Notes under the pieces: model-generated
Seen by the model: only the letters and a program-made list of their open reading frames with translations
The model's database searches: none
Told to the model about the DNA's origin: nothing
Shown: positions 1 through 12,931 of the stretch, piece after piece
Numbering within the stretch: the stretch's first letter is position 1
How the letters are laid out: each line of letters starts with the position of its first letter
From: Gnetum montanum
Lineage: Eukaryota > Plantae > Gnetophyta
Direction: 5' to 3'
DNA length: 64,000 bases
NCBI GenBank assembly: GCA_015680685.1
Contig: MNCI01000175.1
Span: forward strand, 1 to 64,000
Translations under genes and position numbers: made by a program

Positions 1-2330
1 GATGGATATAGTGGCTACAACCAAATCCAAATCACACTATAAGATCAAGCCAAAATAACATTTATAATTTCTTGGAAGATGTTTTCACATAAAAATATTC
101 TTTTCAATTTATGTAATGCCCTGACTACTTTTCAATATCTTATTCTTAGCAACTTTCATTAGTAAATTTGCAATGCTATTGAAAACTTTATGGATGACTT
201 CTACACTTATGATTCAGATTTCTAACAAGTACTAGATTGGCTTAAGCAAGTATTAAATCACTATGTGGAAATCAAATTAAAGCTCAATTAGAAAATAAGC
301 CACTTAATAATCCAAGATGGCATTGTCCTAGGGTACTAGATTTTCAAAAGAGTGAGTGAGGTGGATCCATGAAAACATAAGAATCACCCAAGGAATCACC
401 AAACAACCTTAAATAATCAGGGATGTGAGGTCATTCCTTGGACACATAGGTTACTATATGCACTTCATTGAAAATTTTTCCAAAATTGTTAAATCACTAC
501 TTGAGCTCATTAAAAAGGAAAAAACATTCAAATGGATAAAGAAATATGAATGAGAATTCTAACTCTTGAAGTAGAAGCTCATAGAAACATCAACCCTATT
601 AGTACCAAATTGAGCCACACCATTCCACATCATGATAGATGCATCTATGCCTTGAGAGACATTCTTACATAAATGGTTGATCATAAATATTCTTATTGTA
701 TCTATTGTGTAAGTACAAGCATTTCAAGTGCATAGCCTAATTATACCATAACAGAAAAATAATTAATGCTAATTGTGCATGCCCTTAAAAAATTTAGGCA
801 TTTTATGCTTGGATATCTAATTTTTCTGCACACTAATCATAGTAGCATTCATTTCCTCATGAGCAAATTGATAGTGAATCTTAGTATTATATAGTAAGTT
901 GTGATTTTATAGGAGTTTGACTTAACAATAATGAATAAAAAGGAAATCAATAATGTTTTTGCTAATGTTATATCTTGAATAAGTTGGGATAGAAAATCTA
1001 ATGAAGAGCCTTTGTTTAATCAATTCCCAAATGAGTTTCTTTTTATCAAGGCAACTAAAATCACAACATCATGTAGAATCATAAATTAGTATGATGAATT
1101 CATCTTCTAATTACTTACTTAGGAGACTGCTAAGGGATGGGATTGTAAGAAGAAAAATAGTTCCTTCACTAGGACAAACATTACATAAAGATAAGGGTTA
1201 ATTTCTATAAAATCTATGTGGATGACCTGGTATGATGGCATGTACCAAATGAAGATTAGCTCTAATTTCTCTAGGATGTTAGTGAAGGTCCTTGAGGTAG
1301 CCATTATGTAGAAAGAATAAAGATCATTAAAATCCTAATGACAAGATAATTTTGGCTCATAATCTTTAAGGAAGTCCATTATTTTTCCCATTCATTTGAA
1401 TGATGTTAACAAGATGAAAGAATAGTAATCAAAATGATAGAATTCCAATAGTATATTCAACCATTGGAGGCTTTAAATCTCTAGGAGATCAACTTCATAA
1501 AATCCATCACTTCCATGTCTAATGGTAAATCTTACATTTTTGTTGTTTTTAACTATCATATCAGATGGGTTGAAGCTGTAACCATCACTAACTATATTTC
1601 CTTCACTACAAACTAATTCTTTTAGAAATAGGTGATGAATAGGTTTGGTGTAACTAAGGTACTAATTTTTGATAATAAAACTCATTTCACTAGTGCTACG
1701 TTTCACAAGTTAATGTAACACTTGAGGGTGAAACATAAACTCACATTACCTTATCACTTCCAAGCTAATGATCAAGATAAGGTCATCAATAGAAACATTA
1801 CAATGATTCTAATAAAAAGCATTAGTAAATATAAAGGATATTGGAATACAAAACTCAAAAATGCCTTATGGGCCTATCACTCAACCTAGAAACTTCCTAT
1901 AGGTTTCTTTTCCTATGAGTTAGTATACAAAAAGTTACCAAAACATGATTTCAAATTGAACTCTATAAAATTACAACTACATGTGATCTTGACTCAGACA
2001 TTAACTTAGCATAAAAATAATGATTAAAGACACTCAATTTATAGGTTGAAAATCAAAGGATACCTTTCATGCTAAATGAAGTACATAAAACATATAACAA
2101 AAAATGACATGATGTTTGAATAAGAAGAGTTGAACTTCAACAAGAAGAAAAGGTTCTTTATTGGAATCCAACACATGTGCCTTAGTGAACTAAGTTCTAG
2201 ATACTAAGGGAAGAACCATCCATTGAACATTTAACTTTTTCTTTTGATATCATGATAATTTACAATTCAACAAGCCCCCAAAAGCACATGTTGGTTAATG
2301 CCTAAGAAAAACCATTCAAAAACTTCTAAG
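1..2330 (+). pseudogene. Decayed Ty3/gypsy (Athila-like) pol: RT C-terminal part, RNase H, integrase
   Basis: Window starts GAT GGA TAT AGT GGC TAC AAC CAA ATC (DGYSGYNQI). FMDDF at ~187, RSFLGHIGYY at ~428, HALKKFRHF at ~778 and integrase TLPYHFQAN / ALWAYHST remnants at ~1740-1890. Many stops and frameshifts. Homologous to the minus-strand pol at 45390-48100. Confidence 0.9.
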
Positions 2331-2990
2331 TAACCAAGACCAATCATAACATCTTAACACAAGGATGAGATTGCTTTATTTTTTGGATCTTCTCCTCTCA
2401 ACTTAGTTATGGGAGAGATAACTATCTAACCTAACACCTTGAAGGGGATAGAATTTTTTACTTCTTTCATGTTTTTTCCATTTTCTTAATATTTTTACTT
2501 TCTTATATATATATTTCCTTTTACTTGTCATCACTTTCATTAATTTTCTTTTTCTCTTCACATCATGCATGTTTTTGCAATATTCAATTTTCTTATATTA
2601 TTTCTAAAATTATTGTTATTACTAAATGTAGCTACTAGGATTATTATGTTTATGAATAGGCTAACTTTTTTTTCAAGCCTATGTTCTCTACTAGCAAGAT
2701 TGTTAGTTATATAATGATACAAGGTAGTGATCCCATATCATCTACCCATTTCATATTTCTCAATATGATATTCATATTATTGGAATACTATGATTCTTTT
2801 CCACTAAAACTAAAAATAAATTGTGATCTTGTTACTTAATAAATAGGGAAGGACTAAGTGGAAATGGAAATAGGTGTGATCTCAAAGAGATTTTTTAAGT
2901 TTTATTTTTGACTTCTTCCATGAGTCTCATAACCCCATAGAGGATCCATCATCCATTCTCTTATAATTTTAAAGAAATTATGTTATTTGT

Positions 2991-3868
2991 TAATGAGTGG
3001 CGAGGTACCCCTACACTCAACCATATGAATACGAGCATTTTCACGTGCGATCCGGTCAAACTCCACAAACTAAGTGCCTAGACGCCTTATGGAACACCTA
3101 AGGTTAATCATTTGTTATCTTCCCAGACTTATTTGTATTTGTCACGATTGTATGGTTAAGTAAGTTTGAGGTATGTGATTTTTATAGTTTTTATGTTTTA
3201 TCTCCTATGCTAATGAGGTGAAGGGTGAAGATACTAATTAACTAACTCTAACTAACTAACTAAGCCTTAATTAACCTAGCATCAACATCCATTCCCACTT
3301 ACCATTCACACCCTAAACCAATGCAACCTTGGCTACCAAACACTATTCGTTACTGGGATTACTAAGCGTAACACACGTACTTGAAGCAGTTGTATTGAAT
3401 GCACTTAACTATGGGAGAAGGGTTGAGAGAGATTTAACCAAATAATAAAGCATTTAAATGATGAGTAATAAATAAAAATAAATAAAGTCCTATTTAGCCT
3501 AGTCCATGCATTGCAAGGTTTATCCAACAGTTCTTCTTTATTTTTGTACACAAACTTGTGTTTAGGTACAATATTTGCTCAAATAAAGATCCATTCACTT
3601 TGGAGCTCCTACTGTGGGCACATGGAAATTATTCTATCTATGGAGGGGAAAAACTACCAGAGTTTCGCTGAGGGTCTAGATCTAGACTTAGAAATAAGGG
3701 AGAGATGCCTCTTATTTATAGACTTGGCGATGCACCACGATATTACGTACGTGATATCGCAGGGGAAGACGTGATATCACGTACGTGATATCGCAGGGGA
3801 TGCAATATCGTGGCAGACGCGATATCGCATATGCGATATCATGGCCCATGCGATATTATGTCCCATCA
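2991..3868 (-). mobile_element. Solo LTR of the family with LTRs at 42438-43374 and 51648-52584
   Basis: The first ~700 bp align by eye to those LTRs (GGCGAGGTACCCCTACACTCAACCATATGAAT...). Ends are TAATGAG...CCATCA. Flanked by a perfect 5-bp TSD TTTGT (2986-2990 and 3869-3873). Minus-strand TATA (CTATAAATA) at ~3714-3722. Confidence 0.9.
3727..3860. repeat. Cluster of palindromic (G/C)GATATC(G/A)C and ACGT motifs in the U3 of the solo LTR
   Basis: About 8 GATATC/GATATT/CAATATC cores, for example ACGTGATATCACGT and GCGATATCGC. Confidence 0.85.
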
Positions 3869-4869
3869 TTTGTAAAGCTTGGTCACCTTCCAAGAAAAAC
3901 CAAGAATAAAAATACATCTCTCTAATGATCTCTTAGGATACAAGCACTAGTTATGGAAAGGAAAAGACATGTTACCCATGCCTAAAGGTATCCCTCTAAC
4001 TAAGGCCCAAATTTCTTCCACAAAATGTTTAACTACTTTCTTGTTTCATTCTTCTTAAGTGATGGTCATTTTCTATGATTATTATATTCTTACAATTGTA
4101 GAATAGAAGGGCCACAATAATATGAGGTCATTACTAATGATATGAACTTGGTTTGAAACCTAGATAGATAAGTATATGAATTACCTTAATCACTTAATTC
4201 ACAAGAATCTTTTGTCAACATGATCTCAACTCTCAAGTCTCTATTCCTTTACAAACCTCTTCTGAATTTCACTTTTCATCTCAATACTATGTATCATGGT
4301 TACTATAATAATTTTTGATTCTATGGAATGTATGGTTATAAGGACAATAATTGTGTGGGTATGGTGCTTAACCTAGATCATCATTAAATTTCTAAAGTAT
4401 CCATGAACTCCATGTGATATTGTTATACAAGGGAATTTCTAAATATGGACTTATTTTGGGGAGGATCCACTTACATAACTTTTGAACATTCAATTTAACC
4501 TCCATCACTACATATCTGAATTCATTTAACTTCAATCTTGGTGTACTACATCATTAAACTTTATATTTTTTAACTAGTTTTTTTATCATGAAAACATATA
4601 TTCGAAAGCCTCAATGAAACTTTTTTAACTCTAAATCTCATTCAAAAACCTCATGATTTATTGTTTATATTATTTTCATTCCTTTTTTTTCTTTCATTAA
4701 CCTCTCGTTTTAATTTAAAATTATCCAAAAACTCCTTAGTTCTTAATTAAGATATTTTCTTTAATAGCTGTGTTAACACATCCTCATGAACATAGTGCAA
4801 TATGTTGACATAATGTAAATATGCTATAAATACATACAACCCTTAGCAAAAATTATCACATTTTCCTTC

Positions 4870-7780
4870 AAATGCCAAGGATTTCTTTTTTAGTTTTCAA
4901 AGCCCAAACCTTCCTGAAGTCATAACTTCCTCCCAATATATCTAATTTCACTAGTTCTTCAACCTATGAGCTTTCAAAGGTATGCTCTACATTTTGGGAA
5001 CATCAACATTAGAGTTTATCAATAAATATTTCTAACATCCCATAGATCAATTATTAAAATGATACTAATTAAAGAATAATATAAATAAATTAGCTACCTT
5101 TAGGATCCATACTTAAAATTTTAGCATATATCATCACTTGGAAACCTTAACATCTTAAATCTTCCTCGATTATCACCAACTCAAAAAGTGATCAGATGGT
5201 ATATATACTTAGGAGATGAAATTAGAACAACTAATTCAAGATTATTTATCTGATTTTAGATGGTACCAAAACACATATCACAAGTAGTGGACCATTGTAA
5301 CCCATGAAGAAGAGACTAAGAGAAGGTAAGGAATAAAAACAACAATAACCAAAATAATTGAAGAAATCTACTAAGGTAACTCATGCTTTCAAGCCCCTAC
5401 GAGAAGAACCTAAGATGGAATCTATTTGCTAGATTTCCATTATAGAGATAGAATAATCCAAGTAGGGTAAGGTTCTAAGACCCAAGCTAAACTTGGAAGT
5501 TACTCTAACAAAAGCCTACCTAGAAAAGGTGTAGAGCAAGGAAGTTCAAAGCATGATTCTACAAGAAATAAATTTTAAATCCTTCATAGAGTTACTATAA
5601 AAATATGTTTGAACATAATTACAAGGGTTTTCACTATGGTCCACCATTTTCACCAATCAAAAATGGCATCTTAGGAAAACCTAACTCATCTAGAATAACT
5701 ACAAGGAGATGAAACTCTCAAAATTAAGAACATAATTATGTTGTACTCTATGGAGGCCATTTTTGAAGCCCTTGGATTATCTAACTCTAAGGAAATGTTG
5801 GTCGAAGTCTCAATGTAGGCAAACAGAGAGGTCAAGAAGAAATGAACTCAATGTTGTTATGGATTAGATTGTAAGAAGTATGATGCTCTCATTAAGGTAG
5901 GGTTGACCTTAAAATTACAACCTATCATCTCATTACAATAATGAGGCCAAGAAAAATTACAACATTTTGTTTAAGGAGATGTATGAATCTCAATAAGAAA
6001 TTTCATTTTAACCTTCCTCATCTCATCTTCTATAAGATTATAAAGAGATTCAAGGACAATGAGAAGGATCAGAAGACACTTCCTTTTTCTTACCTCTAGA
6101 AATTTCTATAGAAGGAGAGGAATAGTCTACTACTCCAACAATGTGATCTGCAATGCCTTTGCCATATCATGATAGGAAATGATGAAGGACAAGATTTCTA
6201 TTAAGCTCTAGGAGGAGGTGCCATCTCTACCACCATTAGTAACTCACAAGATGATACCAGAAATGTTGATAATAGTTGAACACCTAAAGAAACTTATGGA
6301 ATATTAGCTATAGAAACAAGCCTCTAGGGCTGATGGCTAGTCCTCAATGTATTATTTGATCATGAGCCACTTCAATGAAGTTGTAAGAACTATTGGCTAA
6401 CCAGTAGATAATCTAGTTCATCTATTCAATATAAGAATAAAGTCCCTGTTCATGCTGATCTAAATATATAAGAAGTTATAGTTTCTATTCCAGAAGAACC
6501 TCTTTCTAAAATATCTAAAAACACCATGGCTTCCTCCATAATATTAGAAGAAGATGAAGGCAAAACAATCTTAGTTATGCTACATAAGAACTAGGAAATA
6601 GTAGCAGAGGTGGCAATAGATAGAATTGAAAAGGATTTGAGGTCTCTTATAGTCTTTGCTCTAGATATTACTACAATGGTAGATATTCAAATATCTACAA
6701 GAATTGGAAGCAAGGGAATGAGTGCAACGTAGCATGAGAAAGTACTAGAATAAATAGTTAGAGTTAGAAAAAAAATTCTAAATATCTTTAACATTACAAA
6801 ATATTTTTTAGCAACCCAATTATAGCTACTAGAGATAAGGTGTGAACCCCTAATTAAACAAGTGTAACTCAAAGAAGTCACCAACATCAATTAATAATTA
6901 GTAGCTGAGATTGTGGAATTGAGATCCTTCTTATCAAACTCTATCATTCTTTAGCAAGAATTTACCAGACATGAATGTTTTCAACAACTTCAACAAAGAA
7001 TTATGAAGGTCAAGAAAGCTAAGAAGATTCTCATTTTGGATGTGTCATTGTTTAATATCATGATAAATTCTATGAGCCATGACCTTTGAGACATGCATAG
7101 GGAGATCATAACTTTAACTAAGAAAAATTAGTACATGCATAAGGCTAAAGAGAAAAAAGAGAAACTACTAGAATACATCTTCTAGCAGCAAGAATATTTT
7201 GTTAAAGTGAATCTAGATGTTATAAGGTTGTTTGTAGAGCATAAAAATATCTCAATGAAGGGAGTTCAAGCCATTCAAAAAATTATTACCATTGAGATCG
7301 CCACCTAGAAAAATGAAGTCTTAAAATACGAAAAAATGAAGAATCATTATAGGAACTAGGTTAGAATTCTCAAAGATGTGAATGAAAAGGTAATTAAGTT
7401 GGCCAAAGAAAAGGTGAACAAAGCCCTCTAGTAATTCCAATAAAAAGGGAATGCATTACAGCCCATATTTGATGGACTTAATACATATAATCAAGCTAAA
7501 ATCCAGCTAAAGAAGTTGCAAATTAAGAAGATGAATAAATATATCCTCATTTTTAAGTACTTTGCTTTTAATGCATTTGAATTTTTCACACTTGAGAAAT
7601 TAATACTTTATTCCAAAACCATGAGAGTGTAACCACTTCAAGCATACTATACTAATGTTTGGTAACCCTAGCAGTAGATACTTGATAACCTAGCAATGTT
7701 AATATAGGTTTAAGATGAATACAAAAAGTGGGAATGGCTATTCTACACTTAGGATAGCTTAGATCACCCTTAGATGCATA
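4870..7780 (+). pseudogene. Possible decayed extra (env-like / coiled-coil) ORF downstream of integrase
   Basis: Long purine-rich stretch rich in GAA/AAG triplets, at the position where Athila elements carry their extra ORF. No intact frame or diagnostic motif recognised. Boundaries approximate. Confidence 0.3.
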
Positions 7781-7795
7781 ATTATTGAAAACTTA

Positions 7796-7889
7796 ATATT
7801 TTAATCATTTTACTATTTTAAAATTTTAATGATAAAAAATANGATATTTTAATCATTTTACTATTTTAAAATTTTAATGATAAAAAATA
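7796..7889. other. Assembly gap (single N at 7842) with ~46 bp duplicated on both sides
   Basis: ATATTTTAATCATTTTACTATTTTAAAATTTTAATGATAAAAAATA occurs both before and after the N. Confidence 0.85.
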
Positions 7890-8659
7890 ACAAAGTACAA
7901 ACATCTTACATCCCAATCTCACTTAACCATACCACTCAAACTAGCATAAGTAATGATTAGAAAGGTAACAACCAACAACTAAATGCCTATTTATCAAAGA
8001 CACTTTGAACCTTAGGTTCCATGATATTCCACTAGATCACATATACATACTTGTGATTCATATGGTTGGACATAGGGAATACTTACTGTTCATTAGTACA
8101 CCTTAGTCAATATGACTTCTACGCTTAGTCTAGGTCTATGTAATTTATTCTACCTAAGCTATCCTATCTCTATACTAGGAATTTATTTGACATATTCTAC
8201 TTTTGACTCTTCCATAATGGACATGGTTGTATGTGTGGATTCTTCTTTTGAATTTAGTTGCCCATGCCTATATCCTCATCCTCTTCCTTATCATTGCTTC
8301 CTTATTTGAAATGGATCACCCACCTTCAAAACTCTTTTAGGTGCCATCTGTAATTACATAAATGATCAATCATTAGTCTTTAGTTACTCTCTTTAGGAAT
8401 TATTACCCTTGATTAGCCTTGGTTTTTTACTTAAGATTTGAAAAACTCTTCATTAACAGCCCTAAGTAATTGTAGTCTATCATTCTAGAGGTTCTCACAT
8501 AGCTATTCTATTCTTAATTTTTCATTATTTTAATTATTCCAAATGAATAGGAGCAATAACAAGACAATAAGGAATGTGATAAATGCCAACAAATACGAGA
8601 AGTACTTCTACATATTAATCTAACATATCAAATAATATTAATATCATGACCCTTTGGAA

Positions 8660-11530
8660 GATAGAAAGTGCATTATAAAGGCCAAAAGACATTTGACGGT
8701 AAGCAAAAGTTCCATATTAACACATAAAAGTTGTTTTATGCTAATCTTGAGGTGCAATGGCTAATTGATTGTAACTACTAAACCCATCCAAAAAGCAATG
8801 GTACTAATGGCCTTTTAATTTCTCCAAATTTTGGTCTATGTAAGGTACGTGAAAATGATGTTTCTTTGTTTTTTATTAAACTTCCAATAGTCTACACAAA
8901 CTTGTCATTTTTTATCCTTTTTACAAACTAGAGTGATAAGGCTTCCCCACTTACTATTAGCTATTGCATAAATAATTCCTTCCTTCTAAAGCTTTGAGAT
9001 TTAATCTTTAATAATTTTTTAGGCTGGATTAATTCTTCTAGGGGGAATTCTTAACAAATTCACATTATCTTCTAGATAAATGTGACATTTGCATATGGTG
9101 GATGAGATTCCTTGATGGTGGGTCTCATAACTTGATGCTTCTTTTATATCTTGATGCAATTGGTCCTCTACTCTATCATATATATTAAGGATGAAAGTAA
9201 GATTGGAAAAATATAATTTGAGTTTCCCTAATCTACAATTTATTATCGCATCAACTATTACCAACCAAGGTATACCTAGTATGATGGGAAAATAATCTAG
9301 ATATTTTACTTCCAATAAAACAAAATCAACTAGGTATTTTCCTCTTTCAACCTATACTATTAAATATTCCATTCAAGAAGCATAATATTGATGGTAGCTT
9401 CTCAATCCAATATGGCATTCTCAATATTGATTGATTACCTTCCTGCTTATTTAATACATGTGGCTAATCCTTTCCTTATGTCCCAACTTCTTGAAAGATA
9501 ACCTTCTTCTGGGGTCCAGGATCAATAGTCTTTCTACTCCTAGTACTAATGGAATGCAATTGTTCCTTATCGTTCCTTTGGAATGTAGGATTTGGCTTAG
9601 GTTGAGAAGGTAATTCTTTATTTATTAGATCTTGGAATAATTTCCCTATTTTAATCATGAATTGCCTACTTTCTTTAATGAAAGAAGTAAGACTTTGAGT
9701 GAGTTTATCCAATTGTTCACTAGTTGGGCTCTTAAAAGGTCTATAATTATTTTTAGAATATTGTTGTTGGAAAGGTGGCCTTTGTTAGAAGATGATTGTT
9801 GGTTACCTTTTATATTGTTGAAAACCTTCATCAATTCTTATGCTTCCTCATAATAACATGTTAATATTGGACAAGTGATGCAATCACGTTGTTGGCTCCC
9901 ACAAAGATTACATACTTCACTTTGCACCACATGAACCTATTTCTTTATTAAATGTATAAACTCATCCACTTTTTTATTTAATTTTTTAGTTTGTTGAGTC
10001 ATGCCTTCAATGATATTTGGTTTTGGCCATCTCTTACTTTGATCGACTAATGAATCTATTATCCTATATCCATCTTATAGTGTTACATTCAATATATTTC
10101 CAGCACACAAAAAGTCAAAATCTTCTCTACAATATGGTAATAGGCCTTCTACAAAGATTTGGAGAAGTTGTTTGGCTAGAAATTAATGGTTGGGATTTTT
10201 TAAGCACAATCCTCTAAACCTATCAAAAGTACTTTCACAAACCTCATTTTTTGTTGCATAAAACTCATTAGTTGCTTTCTTAATGAGTACAACCTATCAT
10301 TGGAAGGAAATATTTGGAGAAATTGAATTCATCTTATGAACTAATTTGTGTCCTAAGGGTTTGTAGCCAGAAATGATATTTATCCTTCAAGGTTGATTTA
10401 AAGGCAATCATCTTAGTTCTATCTCCACTTTGAGGTGCCAACATTGCTAGTGTGGTTTCAAATTCCCTTATATGATTGACTAGATCATCATCATTAGTCC
10501 CTCTAAAAATATGTAGTAGATGAATATTCTTTACTCTAACATCTCTGCCTTGGAAAAAAATAAAGGTTTTTAAGGTATTATTCATGTTCTTTGATTTAAT
10601 AAGTCCCCAAGAGTTTATCCTTGGTAGGCCTATCCAACTAGAATATTACAATGTATACTACCAATAGAAAAAGGAATTGAACCAAATGAAAGTGGATGAG
10701 ATGTATGCTGTGAAGGAGATCCAATTGTGAAAGTAGTAGTTATTGTTGGGGTTACAATTGGACTTGGTATAGAAATAGAGGCTACTGATGCTATAGGAAT
10801 TTGCAAATTTAATGTACTCACCAGTTGAGTGGTTTTTCCCATTGTGGTCACATTACTTAATATTTGGCTGAAACTTAAATTTTTAGAACCTTCTACCATG
10901 GTTGAAGTCATAACTTTCATTGTGATAACTAAGAGATCAAAAAGAGGATTAAAAGATGTAGAAAAATTGGATTGTGTCCTTTCCCTTTTTTGAAGGATTT
11001 CTATTAGATCTCTCTTCTTGTTATGATGTTGCTACTCAATAGAGGTTAAGGGGATAGGACTAGGTTGTCCTTGTCTCTCTTGGTCTTGTTTCAAATTAGT
11101 TTGAGTATGTTTATAATAACTAGTGGTATTTCTAGGAGGCTGAATTCATGTTGGATTTTTAAATTTCTTTTTTGGTTTCATTTAACAATCACACTTCACT
11201 TTAGCACATTCATGGGAAACCAATCCTAAGATCTTATAAATTGATTTAATTACCCTTGAAATTACTACCTTAATTGCAATTTTTTAACAAGTTCTTCAAT
11301 CTAAAAAATTAGGAGGGTTGATCTTTTGAATTTTACTTTTTCCTTGTTTTTCATTTTCTTCATAGAAGAAAAACAATTAAAAGAAAACATTTCTAAAAGT
11401 ACTTTACAAAAAAATGAAAATGAAAATAATTCATATCTTTTTAGAATTTTTAAATCTATAAAGTAAATTTAAAACCATATAGAACCTTTGATGATGATTA
11501 ACTCTACTAGCCTCCCCAAGAGTGCCAAAT
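8660..11530 (-). mobile_element. Athila-like internal region (5' UTR, gag, partial protease, start of RT), 3'-truncated; tandem unit 3
   Basis: Gag ORF 10334-10585 (LHIFRG...VNHIREF...FKSTLKDK..FWLQTL), protease tail FPIILGIPWL, and RT FLDGFSSYNQ / GTFAYRQMSFGL at ~8680-8800. Collinear with 34330-37085. Confidence 0.85.
11511..11527 (-). promoter_or_regulatory. Degenerate primer-binding site (tRNA-Asp type) downstream of LTR-a
   Basis: Reverse complement reads TGGCACTCTTGGGGAGG, 3 nt from the LTR end, at the same position as the clearer PBS at 37065-37082. Confidence 0.6.
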
Positions 11531-12437
11531 TGATGAGCTAGCCAAATTTTGGTGTTGATTTACCTTCATTGTAGAGATGTCATCTTATCTATGACTAACT
11601 CGTGAGTTGTATCCATGGAGGAATAGTTTAAAGTTAAAAATATCATCAAGATAATAAATGATTATATCCATATTCGATTGAAACTCCATACTTATGATTA
11701 TCACTCATCCATAAATCAAAGTCTTTATCCTAGCTTCTAATCTTAAGTCCAAAGGTGAAAACAAATGATTAAACTAAATTGAAAACATATAAAATTAACA
11801 TAAATGTTAGAAGATTACAAAGTAGATGTCACCTAATGTGTTACCCTCCTTTATATCAACTTCACAACCTCATAAGAAGTCAACAATTGTTAATTGCCAC
11901 AAAGTCTCAACAATCCTCCTTAATAAATTTCAATACAATAACTTAAGAAGGGATTCAATTTGGCATGGATTTCTTGGAGTTTGGCTAAAAAAATCCCCTA
12001 TTAAATATTTGGCTTCCTCATTTATACTAAAAAAGACTTGATCAAAATTAGGAATCATTATTTAGAAAATCCATTTACATCGAAGAAATTTATGTCAATC
12101 GATTACAAAGTATCGAACAATATCATGGTTGTTGTGTTCTTTGATGATCGATATAGATAATCTCAGTGATGCAAATTAGTATCTTGATTACTTGGCAAGG
12201 TATTTTTTCTCGTAATTCAATGTTATTGACCTTTAGCATGCCAGCTACAAAAATCGATATGTTTTGGGTTGATATCCACTAATCTTGCAATGACCTATGA
12301 TATGAAAGACTTAATAAAGTTTTTAGTACTTATCAATAGTTATTGCAAAAATTGATGATCTTTAATAAGGTAAAATAGTAAAAGAGAAATGTTAAGCCTT
12401 TAACAAGTTAAAAACTTGAATAATCAAGGGTTTAACA
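11531..12437 (-). mobile_element. LTR-a of the tandem Athila-like family
   Basis: Ends are TGATGA...TTAACA. Aligns over its length to 37086-38015. PPT (reverse complement AGTTGGGGGC) at 12440-12449, PBS on the other side. Confidence 0.85.
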
Positions 12438-12931
12438 TAGCCCCCAACTAGCCTTTGTCCAATGCATGGCTAATTGAGGTGATTAAATATATAAAATTTC
12501 CAATATATATCAATTGCCAACCTACATAACACCACTAATAAAATAGCTAACTAAAATAGTGAAACTAAAATTCAATATATATTAGCATAATATTCCTGCT
12601 AATATCCTTTTGCAAAGAGAAATCAAACTCTATCATATTATAATTAGATGATGATATATGTATAAAAAAAATAAAAATAAAAATTAACCATTAACCATCC
12701 ATCATAGTTCTAGTTTAAAAAAAAATTAAATTGTTCATGTATCACCATAATGGATACACAACCATAAAAATAAACAAAAATAAGATAAAATTGAGGCAAG
12801 GATCAATCCTCTCATCCTTCCTCCACCTCCATATATTTTTCAAAATGAGAGGGCTCTTCTCCTTCATCATTATCCCAAATTTGAGAATGGATATGTTTTT
12901 CCATGTTTTCCATCCTCTTATCCATGGTGAT

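Noticed and set aside
7796-7889. 46-bp direct repeat
   Set aside because: Exact duplication across an N, most likely a contig-overlap artefact.
8110-8348. Minus-strand MAPKRVLK... start resembling a transposon ORF
   Set aside because: Stops within 20 codons and has no recognisable motif; too weak to call.
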